Shown: piece by piece, positions 37,002 through 46,683 of the stretch
Layout of the letters: the number at the start of each line of letters is the position of its first letter
Numbering within the stretch: position 1 is the first letter of the stretch
Assembly (NCBI GenBank): GCA_034178705.1
Contig: JAXFQY010000076.1
Span: forward strand, 65 to 64,064
Direction: 5' to 3'
DNA from: Eubacteriales bacterium
GTDB taxonomy: Bacteria > Bacillota > Clostridia > Oscillospirales > CAG-272
Length of the DNA: 64,000 bases
Program-made: the position numbers and the translations under genes
The notes under the pieces: generated by a model
Database searches by the model: none
Seen by the model: the letters and a program-made list of their open reading frames with translations, nothing else
What the model was told of the DNA's origin: nothing

Positions 37002-37727
37002 TCAAACCGTTTTTTTCATACAGGTTCTTCCGCCATCGATCATGAAGTTCGAGCCGGTAATAAACGCTGCTTTATCAGAAAGAAGATAGCAGATGAGATC
37101 GACAACCTCCTGGGGTTCTGCGGCTCTACCAAGAAGGGTCTGCATTTTCGCCATCGCGGCACGCGTCAGAACCGGTCCCGGGGAAACGCAATTGACGCGC
37201 ACCCCATAGCGGGACGCATAGCCCGCAAGCGACATTGTCAGTCCGTGCATGGCTCCGCTCTTTGCCGTTGAATAACCAATCGACCCGGCGGAAGCTTCCG
37301 CTCCGGCAATGGAACCGAGATTGATGATACACCCGCTCTTATGTTCGGCCATATACGGAAGAACCGCGCGTGCAAAAAGCATCTGTGCGGTCAGATTGAC
37401 ATCAATCTCCCACTTGAGGATGTCCACATCCACCGTCAGGAAGTCCCGTACACCCTTCAGGATCCGGATGCCGTCTCCTCCTGCAAAATTGCAAAGATAA
37501 TCAATTCTGCCAAAGCGTTCTACCGCGCGTTTGGCAACATTCTCCATTTGGGCGTATTCACGCACATCGCAGGAAACGAAGATGCGGTTCTCATCCTCCT
37601 CGCAAGGATTGAGGTCGGCAATGACAGCCTTTCCTCCCATAGCAATGATATTGTCTGCCGTCAGCTTCCCCATACCGGAGGATCCGCCGGAGATAACAGC
37701 AACCTTCCCAGTAAAATCATAATCCAT
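37002..37727 (-). CDS. short-chain dehydrogenase/reductase (SDR)
   Basis: Cofactor motif TGKVAVISGGSSGMGK and catalytic motif YSTAKSG. Start moved to ATG 37727. Confidence 0.85.
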   Translation of the reverse strand: MDYDFTGKVAVISGGSSGMGKLTADNIIAMGGKAVIADLNPCEEDENRIFVSCDVREYAQMENVAKRAVERFGRIDYLCNFAGGDGIRILKGVRDFLTVDVDILKWEIDVNLTAQMLFARAVLPYMAEHKSGCIINLGSIAGAEASAGSIGYSTAKSGAMHGLTMSLAGYASRYGVRVNCVSPGPVLTRAAMAKMQTLLGRAAEPQEVVDLICYLLSDKAAFITGSNFMIDGGRTCMKKTV

Positions 37728-37855
37728 GATACATTGTAACCCCCTATTCTTTTTCGCACATATGAGCATTTTTATTTTACTCTATTTACTTCCGGGTAAC
37801 AATGAAGTATAATATTGAAAAAGGAAACAATTCTATCGTTGGAGAATAGCAATCC

Positions 37856-38593
37856 ATGAATCTGCGCGACTGCACCTTTACTTATCTTCGTTTTGGGACA
37901 TACCATTTCCGGGACGGACAGCGATGTGTTCTGAATGTGCCGCGTCCCTTTGAGATCATTACAAAAATACTGTCAGGCAGCGTTGTCTTCCGCTGCGGCG
38001 ACAATATCGTGGAAGCGAAGGAGGGAGAAGCCGTCTATCTTCCGATCGGCTGCATATATGAGATGACCTGGCACGGAGCATCCCCCTCCAACACGGCAAT
38101 GCACTATCGTCTGAATGCACCGCATCGCGGCCGTCGTCTGCGGAAGCTGGAAGGCGTCAGTCTCCCGCTTGATGAAAGGAGAGACGGACTGCTCGGCGAT
38201 CTTGCAGTTGCCTACCAAACGCTTGCGCTCACGGAGCCGCTGCAGAATGACGACCCACCCATCCCTCCGAACCGAGCGAAACGCGCTGTTGACTTCATCC
38301 GCGCCCATTACGCTGAGGAGCTCCCGACAGAACTTCTCGCAGCAAAACTGAACCTCTCCCCGTCCCGGTTTTTCAGCGTGTTTCATGAGGCAACGGGAAT
38401 GACGGCAATTGAATACAGAAACCTTGTCCGGACTGATGTCGCTATGCAGCTCCTTCTGACAACCGATAAATCGGTCGAGGAAATATCAGAAGAAGTCGGA
38501 TTTTCCTCCGCCGTTTATTTCCGGCGCGTTTTCAAAAAAAACACCGGCGTCAACTGCCGTGAATACCGTCGCGCAAACGCCTCATTTCTGTAA
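37856..38593 (+). CDS. AraC-family transcriptional regulator (cupin N-domain plus HTH)
   Basis: 245 aa. C-terminal AraC HTH region (LAAKLNLSPSRFFSVFHEATGMTAIEYRN...SSAVYFRRVFKK). Divergent from the SDR gene. Confidence 0.85.
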   Translation: MNLRDCTFTYLRFGTYHFRDGQRCVLNVPRPFEIITKILSGSVVFRCGDNIVEAKEGEAVYLPIGCIYEMTWHGASPSNTAMHYRLNAPHRGRRLRKLEGVSLPLDERRDGLLGDLAVAYQTLALTEPLQNDDPPIPPNRAKRAVDFIRAHYAEELPTELLAAKLNLSPSRFFSVFHEATGMTAIEYRNLVRTDVAMQLLLTTDKSVEEISEEVGFSSAVYFRRVFKKNTGVNCREYRRANASFL

Positions 38594-38642
38594 GCCGCTG
38601 CTCTGATTTTACGCGAGGGAAATTCCGGCACAAAAAAAATAA

Positions 38643-38670
38643 CAGGGAAGCGGCAATTGCCGCTTCCCTG
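38643..38670 (-). terminator. intrinsic terminator of the SPFH-RHH operon
   Basis: Perfect 28-nt palindrome CAGGGAAGCGGCAATTGCCGCTTCCCTG. On the minus strand it is followed by TTATTTTTTTT. Confidence 0.75.
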
Positions 38671-38734
38671 CTCTTACCGATATCTACGACTTTCCTGAAT
38701 GCGGGTCAAACATATGAGGAAACCCGACTCACGG

Positions 38735-38929
38735 TCAGGGGTGTTTGTCGCCCTCGTCCTTGTATGCTTTCCCGTTTCCCCTCCGTCTCCGTACGCACTC
38801 GGTAAGCAGATACTCAATCTGCCCGTTTACCGAGCGAAAATCATCCTCTGCCCATCGCGCAAGCTCATCATACAACTTTGCGGAGAGTCTGAGGGGAATT
38901 TGCTTTTTTTCCCTCTCCATAGGAATCAA
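38735..38929 (-). CDS. ribbon-helix-helix (Arc/CopG-like) DNA-binding protein
   Basis: 64 aa. [36 protein letters not shown] fits a beta-strand plus two helices (RHH) pattern. Its TTG start overlaps the SPFH stop (TTGA); an alternative ATG is at 38920. Confidence 0.55.
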   Translation of the reverse strand: MIPMEREKKQIPLRLSAKLYDELARWAEDDFRSVNGQIEYLLTECVRRRRGNGKAYKDEGDKHP

Positions 38930-39927
38930 TAGAGAGTTCCGGAGTTCACAACGGGCTGCGCATCATGGTTGCCGCAGAGGACAACAAGCAGATTCGAAAC
39001 CATCGCTGCTTTTCTCTCCTCATCCAGTTGTACAATTTCCTTCTCTCCAAGACGCTCCAGTGCCATTTCCACCATCCCCACAGCGCCGTCAACAATCATC
39101 TTGCGCGCATCGATGATGGCAGATGCCTGCTGACGCTGCAGCATAACGGCAGCAATCTCCGGAGCGTAGGCAAGATAGGTAATCCGCGCCTCCACAATCT
39201 CCAGACCCGCCTCGGCAACACGCTGCTGAATCTCGTCCCGGATCCGCATTGCCACAACCTCGCTGGAACCGCGAAGCGAGCCTTCGTCGGCAACACCGTC
39301 TCCTGTTGTGTCCACATTGGGCGCAACGTCATACGGATAAATCCGCACAACATTTCTCAGCGCACTGTCACATTGCAGCGAAAGAAATTCCTTATAATTA
39401 TCAACATTGAACACCGCCTTGGCCGTATCGATAACGCGCCAGGTGACTGCAATTCCGATCTCAACCGGATTGCCGAGACAATCATTGATTTTCTGACGAT
39501 TATTGTTCAGGGTCATGATTTTTAAGGAAAGCTTCTTTGAAGAAGCCGATACACTGACATTTACTTCCCCGTTGGACGCGGCAACGCGCATGGGAGCAAC
39601 GGAAACATCCCCGCTTTGGCTGAGTTTCGTCTGAGACGCGGGATTGACTGAGGTGCAGAAGGGATTCACACAATAAAAGCCATCCCCCTTCAGTGTTCCT
39701 ATGTATTTCCCGAACAGAGTCAGCACAAGAGCTTCGGACGGCTTCAGGACCCGCAGTCCGAGAAGCGGAAACCAGCCGACGCAAAGGTAAAAAAGCGCGA
39801 CGAAAAACAGAACGTTTTCCTTCTCTGCACTCGCAATCAGCAATACAGCAGCAGCTATATAGAGCAGAATGGTGAGAACAAGCACAAGCATCCCATGCTT
39901 TTTGTTGGTCAAAACAATTTCCTTCAT
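38926..39927 (-). CDS. SPFH/band-7 domain membrane protein
   Basis: 333 aa. Two N-terminal TM segments followed by an SPFH-like core ([18 protein letters not shown]...GFYCVNPF...) and a C-terminal helical region. Confidence 0.75.
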   Translation of the reverse strand: MKEIVLTNKKHGMLVLVLTILLYIAAAVLLIASAEKENVLFFVALFYLCVGWFPLLGLRVLKPSEALVLTLFGKYIGTLKGDGFYCVNPFCTSVNPASQTKLSQSGDVSVAPMRVAASNGEVNVSVSASSKKLSLKIMTLNNNRQKINDCLGNPVEIGIAVTWRVIDTAKAVFNVDNYKEFLSLQCDSALRNVVRIYPYDVAPNVDTTGDGVADEGSLRGSSEVVAMRIRDEIQQRVAEAGLEIVEARITYLAYAPEIAAVMLQRQQASAIIDARKMIVDGAVGMVEMALERLGEKEIVQLDEERKAAMVSNLLVVLCGNHDAQPVVNSGTLY

Positions 39928-39957
39928 TACGCAAAATTCCTTTCCCTGACATTTTTC

Positions 39958-39992
39958 GACATAATGATATCATAACGATATCATTATGTCAA
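39958..39992 (-). promoter_or_regulatory. sigma-A promoter embedded in a perfect 14-bp inverted repeat (candidate operator)
   Basis: On the minus strand: TTGACA (39992-39987), 17-nt spacer, TATCAT (39969-39964). The inverted repeat GACATAATGATATC-N5-GATATCATTATGTC spans 39958-39990 and covers both hexamers. Confidence 0.6.
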
Positions 39993-40004
39993 TAGGTTTC
40001 CGAA

Positions 40005-40040
40005 AAAAAGCGGTCCGATCAGAAAATCGGACCGCTTTTT
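40005..40040. terminator. intrinsic terminator after groEL
   Basis: 15-bp stem AAAAAGCGGTCCGAT / ATCGGACCGCTTTTT with a 6-nt loop, 20 nt after the groEL stop. Confidence 0.8.
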
Positions 40041-40059
40041 GCATATAGTAGCTGTTAAA

Positions 40060-42029
<1,970 letters not shown>

Positions 42030-42043
42030 TTATTGCGCTTGCT

Positions 42044-42070
42044 TTAGCACTCTTTTTGCCTAAGTGCTAA
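42044..42070 (-). promoter_or_regulatory. CIRCE operator (HrcA binding site)
   Basis: TTAGCACTC-N9-AAGTGCTAA, one mismatch to the consensus TTAGCACTC-N9-GAGTGCTAA. Lies between the -10 box and groES. Confidence 0.85.
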
Positions 42071-42081
42071 TGCTATGCTAT

Positions 42082-42110
42082 ATTCTACACAACACAATCA
42101 GAAAAATCAA
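42082..42110 (-). promoter_or_regulatory. sigma-A promoter of groESL
   Basis: On the minus strand: TTGATT (42110-42105), 17-nt spacer, TAGAAT (42087-42082), immediately upstream of CIRCE. Confidence 0.65.
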
Positions 42111-42282
42111 GTCTTTTTCAAAAATTTTTTGAAAATTCATAAAACATTCACATTTGATTCGCAAATCACGACCCAGTCTGCTATTTTTACCGAAAACAGA
42201 ATCTCTTTTCTTTTTTTCCGCGCCTCTCCGGGCATAGCCTCTGCGTTCATCGAATAAAATTTTCTCAAAAGGTGGTGATGTT

Positions 42283-43572
42283 ATGCAGTGGCTTTCGCGT
42301 TTTTTCGACGGGATTCTCTCGCCGGCTTCTACTGTTTTTCTGCTGTTCTCCGGGATTCTTCTCACACTTTTTCTCCGCCCGTGGCGAACGCTGCGGCGCG
42401 CCGCTTCCGGTCTAAGCGCCCGTTCCTCCCGTTCGGCGCTGTTGACTGCGCTCGGAGGAACAATCGGCGTCGGAAACATCTCCGGCGTTGCACTGGCGCT
42501 TTCCTGCGGCGGACCGGGGGCTCTGTTCTGGATGTGGGTTTCATCCATCGTTGCAATGTCGGTAAAATACACCGAAATTCTCTTGGCGTGCCATTACCGC
42601 ATTTCCCGTAACGGAGGATATCACGGCGGTGCTCCGCTTTATATTTCCGCTTTGATCGGTCGGATTCCCGCCGCGATTTTCAGTGCTCTATGTATGCTTA
42701 CAGCCATGTCTGTCGGCTCGGGCGTACAAACCGCTGCTGTGGCTGACGCTTTTGAGGATGCCTTCTCGGTTCCGAAGGCGGTAACCGGCATTTTTCTTAC
42801 AGCAGCGGCAGCCGTCTGCATTCTCGGTGGGACAAAACGAATCACGCGCTTTACCGACAAGCTTGTCCCGCTGATGACCTTGATTTACACAGCGCTTTCC
42901 CTTTATATTATTATCACTGACCGCGCCGGCCTCCCCGCAGTAATGAAAGCAATTTTTCAGGGGGCGTTCAAACCCGGGGCCGCACGCGGCGGCATCATCG
43001 GCGTTCTCACGGGGGGAGCTGTGCGATATGGCATTTCTCGCGGTCTGGTATCCAATGAGGCAGGCTGCGGAACCGCACCGTTCGCCCACGCCACCGCCGA
43101 AGGGAAACACCCGGCGGAGCAGGCAGCATTCGGCTTTGTTGAGGTCTTTGTCGATACCATGCTGCTCTGCTCTTTGACCGGGATTTCCATGCTCCTCGCC
43201 TTCGGGGGCGAGGTTCTCGCCGACGGCTCCGGGATGGAGTGCGTCATGGCGGCATTCGGCTTCTATTTTGGGGAAGCGGCACCCGCGCTTCTTGCGCTTT
43301 CGGTGCTTCTCTTTGCTTACGGCAGTATCATCTGTTGGGATTTTTACGGCTCAGAATGTCTTTTGCTCCGCGGTGCCTCAAAGAAACGCCAACAGGCTTT
43401 TCTCATCGTTTTTCTTGCCTCCGTCTTTTTGGGTTCTGTTGTCGACAGGGAGGTGATCTGGTTTTTCTCCGACGCCTCCTGCTGCCTCATGCTGCTTTGC
43501 AATCTTCCCGCTCTTCTTGCGGGAATGAAAACAGCGCGCAGTTTGACAGAGGAATACATCAGTCGGAAATAA
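42283..43572 (+). CDS. alanine/glycine:cation symporter (AGCS) family transporter
   Basis: 429 aa. Contains ALLTALGGTIGVGNISGVALALSCGGPGALFWMWVSS, typical of AGCS carriers. Confidence 0.85.
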   Translation: MQWLSRFFDGILSPASTVFLLFSGILLTLFLRPWRTLRRAASGLSARSSRSALLTALGGTIGVGNISGVALALSCGGPGALFWMWVSSIVAMSVKYTEILLACHYRISRNGGYHGGAPLYISALIGRIPAAIFSALCMLTAMSVGSGVQTAAVADAFEDAFSVPKAVTGIFLTAAAAVCILGGTKRITRFTDKLVPLMTLIYTALSLYIIITDRAGLPAVMKAIFQGAFKPGAARGGIIGVLTGGAVRYGISRGLVSNEAGCGTAPFAHATAEGKHPAEQAAFGFVEVFVDTMLLCSLTGISMLLAFGGEVLADGSGMECVMAAFGFYFGEAAPALLALSVLLFAYGSIICWDFYGSECLLLRGASKKRQQAFLIVFLASVFLGSVVDREVIWFFSDASCCLMLLCNLPALLAGMKTARSLTEEYISRK

Positions 43573-43963
43573 AATCCAGAAGGAGCCCGCGGCAGAGTGT
43601 CAGCTCCGAGCATTTCAGGACAAAAGCTGCCCCCTCCTCAGAGGCGGAAACGGCGAGAGGACAAACAGCTTCTTTCCGAAAAACCGACAGGATCTCATGC
43701 AGCACGCCTCCTCCGACGACCGCCACTCCGAAGAGTCGGAGAACGGCGCAGGGGGTTTCACTCACATGCACATATCCCGCCTCCCCGGCGGAAAGTCGGT
43801 ATGCTTCCGGATTTTCCGGAACGGCAAGCAAGGTTCCGGAGCAAAAGGTTTCGAGCAAAACGTCCGAGCAGACCGCCGCATAGCACGGACGTCTGAAGCG
43901 GAGAAGCATCCGGTCCGGGTACCACGCAACCCCGTTCACAAGTCCGTGTACTCCGTTGTTCAT
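43559..43963 (-). CDS. hypothetical protein, possible ACT-like ligand-binding fold
   Basis: 134 aa from ATG 43963, with a strong RBS (gggaggtaccggtaATG). The C-terminal half loosely resembles ACT/CASTOR-type domains. Overlaps the AGCS 3' end by 14 nt. Confidence 0.4.
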   Translation of the reverse strand: MNNGVHGLVNGVAWYPDRMLLRFRRPCYAAVCSDVLLETFCSGTLLAVPENPEAYRLSAGEAGYVHVSETPCAVLRLFGVAVVGGGVLHEILSVFRKEAVCPLAVSASEEGAAFVLKCSELTLCRGLLLDFISD

Positions 43964-44106
43964 TACCGGTACCTCCCGTAGCATTCTATGCTTGCCGAAA
44001 AAAAAGGCCCCCGGTAGCCCTGCCCCAACAAGCATAGACCAGGATCCCGCAAAACAGGATCCGGCGGTTTAGCAAAATAACAGGCAAAAATTCCGCATTG
44101 TGAAAA

Positions 44107-44135
44107 AGCCGAATGTTCCGGAAGAACATTCGGCT
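44107..44135 (-). terminator. intrinsic terminator of hom
   Basis: 12-bp stem AGCCGAATGTTC / GAACATTCGGCT with a 5-nt loop. On the minus strand it is followed by TTTTT. Confidence 0.75.
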
Positions 44136-44180
44136 GATTGCGTTTTGGAAAATAATACAAAGAAATTAAGAATCGGAAAT

Positions 44181-45398
44181 TCAGAGAACCTCGTAAACGG
44201 AACTAACAGAAAAGGCGCTGGATGCAGCAGCAATCCTGCGGTTCAGCTCTGCACGGTCGATTTTTTCGCGAAGCAGAAGGGTCAGCTTGCCCGCGGAAGG
44301 AAGGAGTCGGTCCGGCTGACCGAAGAAGCGCTCGGCAAGTGCGGCGTTCTCTGTGCTGACGGTAACGCAGAAAAGGGACGGGATCGATTGCGGATCTCCG
44401 ATTTTCTCCTGCGGTGCGTCGCGCCAGGGATGCACCGGCTCTGCGATTCCTGCAGCGATACGGATGGCATCCGCCGCGACTGCGCTCGCGGTGGGATCGG
44501 ATCCGGCGCCTCTGCCGTAAAACATCACATCCCCGACAAAGTTCCCACGGATAAGCACACCGTTAAAAACATCGGTAATACCCGCTAAGGGATTTTCATG
44601 ACGGACAAAACAGGGACGGACACACAAAACCATTCTGCCCTGCGGATCCTTTTCGGCACTCCCGATCAGCTTGACGGAACAGCCCAGTCGTTCGGCGTTT
44701 TCGATATCAGACAGTGTCACCTCCGTAATTCCGACGGTCGGAATCCGATCACAGGGCACAGCAGCGCCGAAAGCAAGAGCGCCGAGAATACAGATTTTTC
44801 TGCAAACATCCTTTCCCTCAATGTCAGCACTCGGATCCGCTTCCGCATAGCCACGCTCCTGTGCACCGCGCAGCGCATCTGCAAAGGACATTCCGTCCTC
44901 TTTCATACGGGTCAGGATATAGTTTGTTGTTCCGTTGAGAATTCCGTCGATACGAAGAATGTCATTGGCAAGAGCAAGATCCGAGGACAGAGGATGAAGA
45001 ACGGGAATCCCCCCTCCCACGCTGCCCTCAAACAGATAATGAACCCCCATCTCCTCAGCAAGACAAAGCAATTCCGTCCCGTGAGTCGCAACCAACTCCT
45101 TGTTGGAGGTAACAACGCTCTTCCCCGCCAGGAGCGCCCGCCGGGTAAAGTCATAGGCAGCACGGCAGCCGCCGATTACCTCACAGACAATAGCGATTTC
45201 CGGATCGGTAAGAATCTCCTCAATGTCATGACACAGAAGCGATGCAAAAGGGCTGTCCGGAAATTCACGCAGATCCAATATCCGTTTTATGCGGATTTCC
45301 TTACCGGTTTTTTCTCTTATATGTTCTGCGTTTTCGCTGATCAGCCGGGCAACGCCGGAGCCGACTACTCCGAACCCGAGGACTGCAATCCCAATCAT
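44181..45398 (-). CDS. hom: homoserine dehydrogenase
   Basis: N-terminus MIGIAVLGFGVVGSGV (NAD-binding) with a central catalytic domain and a C-terminal ACT-like domain. Start moved to ATG 45398 after ggagga. Confidence 0.9.
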   Translation of the reverse strand: MIGIAVLGFGVVGSGVARLISENAEHIREKTGKEIRIKRILDLREFPDSPFASLLCHDIEEILTDPEIAIVCEVIGGCRAAYDFTRRALLAGKSVVTSNKELVATHGTELLCLAEEMGVHYLFEGSVGGGIPVLHPLSSDLALANDILRIDGILNGTTNYILTRMKEDGMSFADALRGAQERGYAEADPSADIEGKDVCRKICILGALAFGAAVPCDRIPTVGITEVTLSDIENAERLGCSVKLIGSAEKDPQGRMVLCVRPCFVRHENPLAGITDVFNGVLIRGNFVGDVMFYGRGAGSDPTASAVAADAIRIAAGIAEPVHPWRDAPQEKIGDPQSIPSLFCVTVSTENAALAERFFGQPDRLLPSAGKLTLLLREKIDRAELNRRIAAASSAFSVSSVYEVL

Positions 45399-45557
45399 AA
45401 TTGTTCCTCCGACTATCCGATATTCAGGAATGAATGGGACAATTTTAGCATACAGACAGCGAAAATGCAAGTATCTTACACGAATCCTCCACTTTCCTGC
45501 ATAGATATTCTTTTTTCCCGGAATCTATGGTATAATCGGATTCATAAGGAGAGCAAG

Positions 45558-46520
45558 ATGAAAAAACAAACACAGATTGAAACAAATCCGTTTCCCTACT
45601 CGGATACCAATAAGCGCTACCATACCTACGATTACTATCTGCGCCATCAATTTGGTGAGAAAATCGCAAAAATCCCCCTGGACGCCGGCATGACCTGTCC
45701 TAATCTGGACGGAAAAAAGGGACACGGCGGCTGCTCCTTCTGTGCAGCCGGGGCAACCGACCGTGCAATTGACCCGACCCTGACTATCGAAGAGCAATAC
45801 CGGCTCCGACTGCAGTCGCTCCGGGAAAAATGGAAGGTAACCCACACCATACCCTACCTCCAGGCACACACCAATACCTATGCGCCGACTGCCGAACTGG
45901 AAAAGCTCTATCTTCGCGCGCTTTCTCTTCCCGGTGCCGTCGGGTTGGCAATCGCAACACGAGGCGACTGCCTCTCTCCGGCGACTGCCCGCCTTCTCTC
46001 CAAGATGGGAGAGAGAAAACCGGTTACGGTTGAATTAGGACTCGAAACCGCATGCGATGCAACCGCCGCTTCTCTGAACCGTTGCGAAAGCTTTGCGGAA
46101 TTCTGCCGTGGGTATCGTCTCCTCCGGAACGCCGGAAATCTCCGGATCTGCATTCACCTCATTCTTGGGCTCCCCGGCGAAAACCGCGAAACAGTTCTTA
46201 ACACAATCCATCGCGTCTCCGAGTTGCAGCCCGATGCCGTAAAATTTCATCTTCTCTACATTCTGAGAGGGACACGACTTGCATCGGAATGGGAATCCGG
46301 TAAATATACGCCGCTTAGCAAAGACGAGTACATCTCACTGCTCTGTGACTGCATCTGTGCCCTTCCTCCGGAAACGGTTGTGGAACGGATCACAGGGGAT
46401 GCGCCGCGTTCCGAACTGCTGGCCCCGTTATGGAGTCTGCGGAAGCGAGAGGTTCTTGCCTCACTCGATCGGAGGCTGTTTACCTACGGGCTTTTCCAAG
46501 GGAAAACTTATGGCAAGTAA
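45558..46520 (+). CDS. radical SAM protein, TIGR01212 (YhcC/YtqA-like) family
   Basis: 320 aa from ATG 45558 (aaggagag RBS, TGGTATAAT extended -10 at 45528-45536). Contains CPNLDGKKGHGGCSFC. The 5' 960 nt of the track ORF is antisense to hom. Confidence 0.8.
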   Translation: MKKQTQIETNPFPYSDTNKRYHTYDYYLRHQFGEKIAKIPLDAGMTCPNLDGKKGHGGCSFCAAGATDRAIDPTLTIEEQYRLRLQSLREKWKVTHTIPYLQAHTNTYAPTAELEKLYLRALSLPGAVGLAIATRGDCLSPATARLLSKMGERKPVTVELGLETACDATAASLNRCESFAEFCRGYRLLRNAGNLRICIHLILGLPGENRETVLNTIHRVSELQPDAVKFHLLYILRGTRLASEWESGKYTPLSKDEYISLLCDCICALPPETVVERITGDAPRSELLAPLWSLRKREVLASLDRRLFTYGLFQGKTYGK

Positions 46521-46592
46521 TATATGTATATTTTGAACAAATTTGTGTCCGCTTTTTTTACATTCTGGTACCACTCAACACAAAATCATCCC

Positions 46593-46621
46593 TTGAAATT
46601 TCCTCAAAGAACCGCTATAAT
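46593..46621 (+). promoter_or_regulatory. sigma-A promoter of the EF-G paralog
   Basis: TTGAAA (46593-46598), 17-nt spacer, TATAAT (46616-46621). Confidence 0.6.
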
Positions 46622-46683
46622 AAATAAGGATGCTTCATTTTTTCGCGAGGTATTCAATTTTTCGATACAGGAGCATAACAAAT

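Noticed and set aside
42111-42282. Possible glycine riboswitch upstream of the alanine/glycine:cation symporter
   Set aside because: I looked for the conserved GGAGAG...CACCG...GGACA/GGGCAA blocks and tandem aptamer architecture and found none. The region contains only AT-rich palindromes.
42078-42572. 164-aa minus-strand ORF
   Set aside because: It overlaps the groES/AGCS intergenic region and the AGCS 5' end in antisense. It has no RBS and is Arg-rich.
43597-43896. Arg/Pro-rich plus-strand ORFs (43239..43883, 43597..43896, 43697..43981)
   Set aside because: Their composition is typical of non-coding frames in GC-rich DNA. They compete with the better-supported minus-strand ORF 43559..43963.
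44598-45557. N-terminal 320 codons of the 640-aa track ORF 44598..46520
   Set aside because: This part is antisense to hom. The radical-SAM homology starts at ATG 45558, which has its own RBS and an extended -10 promoter.
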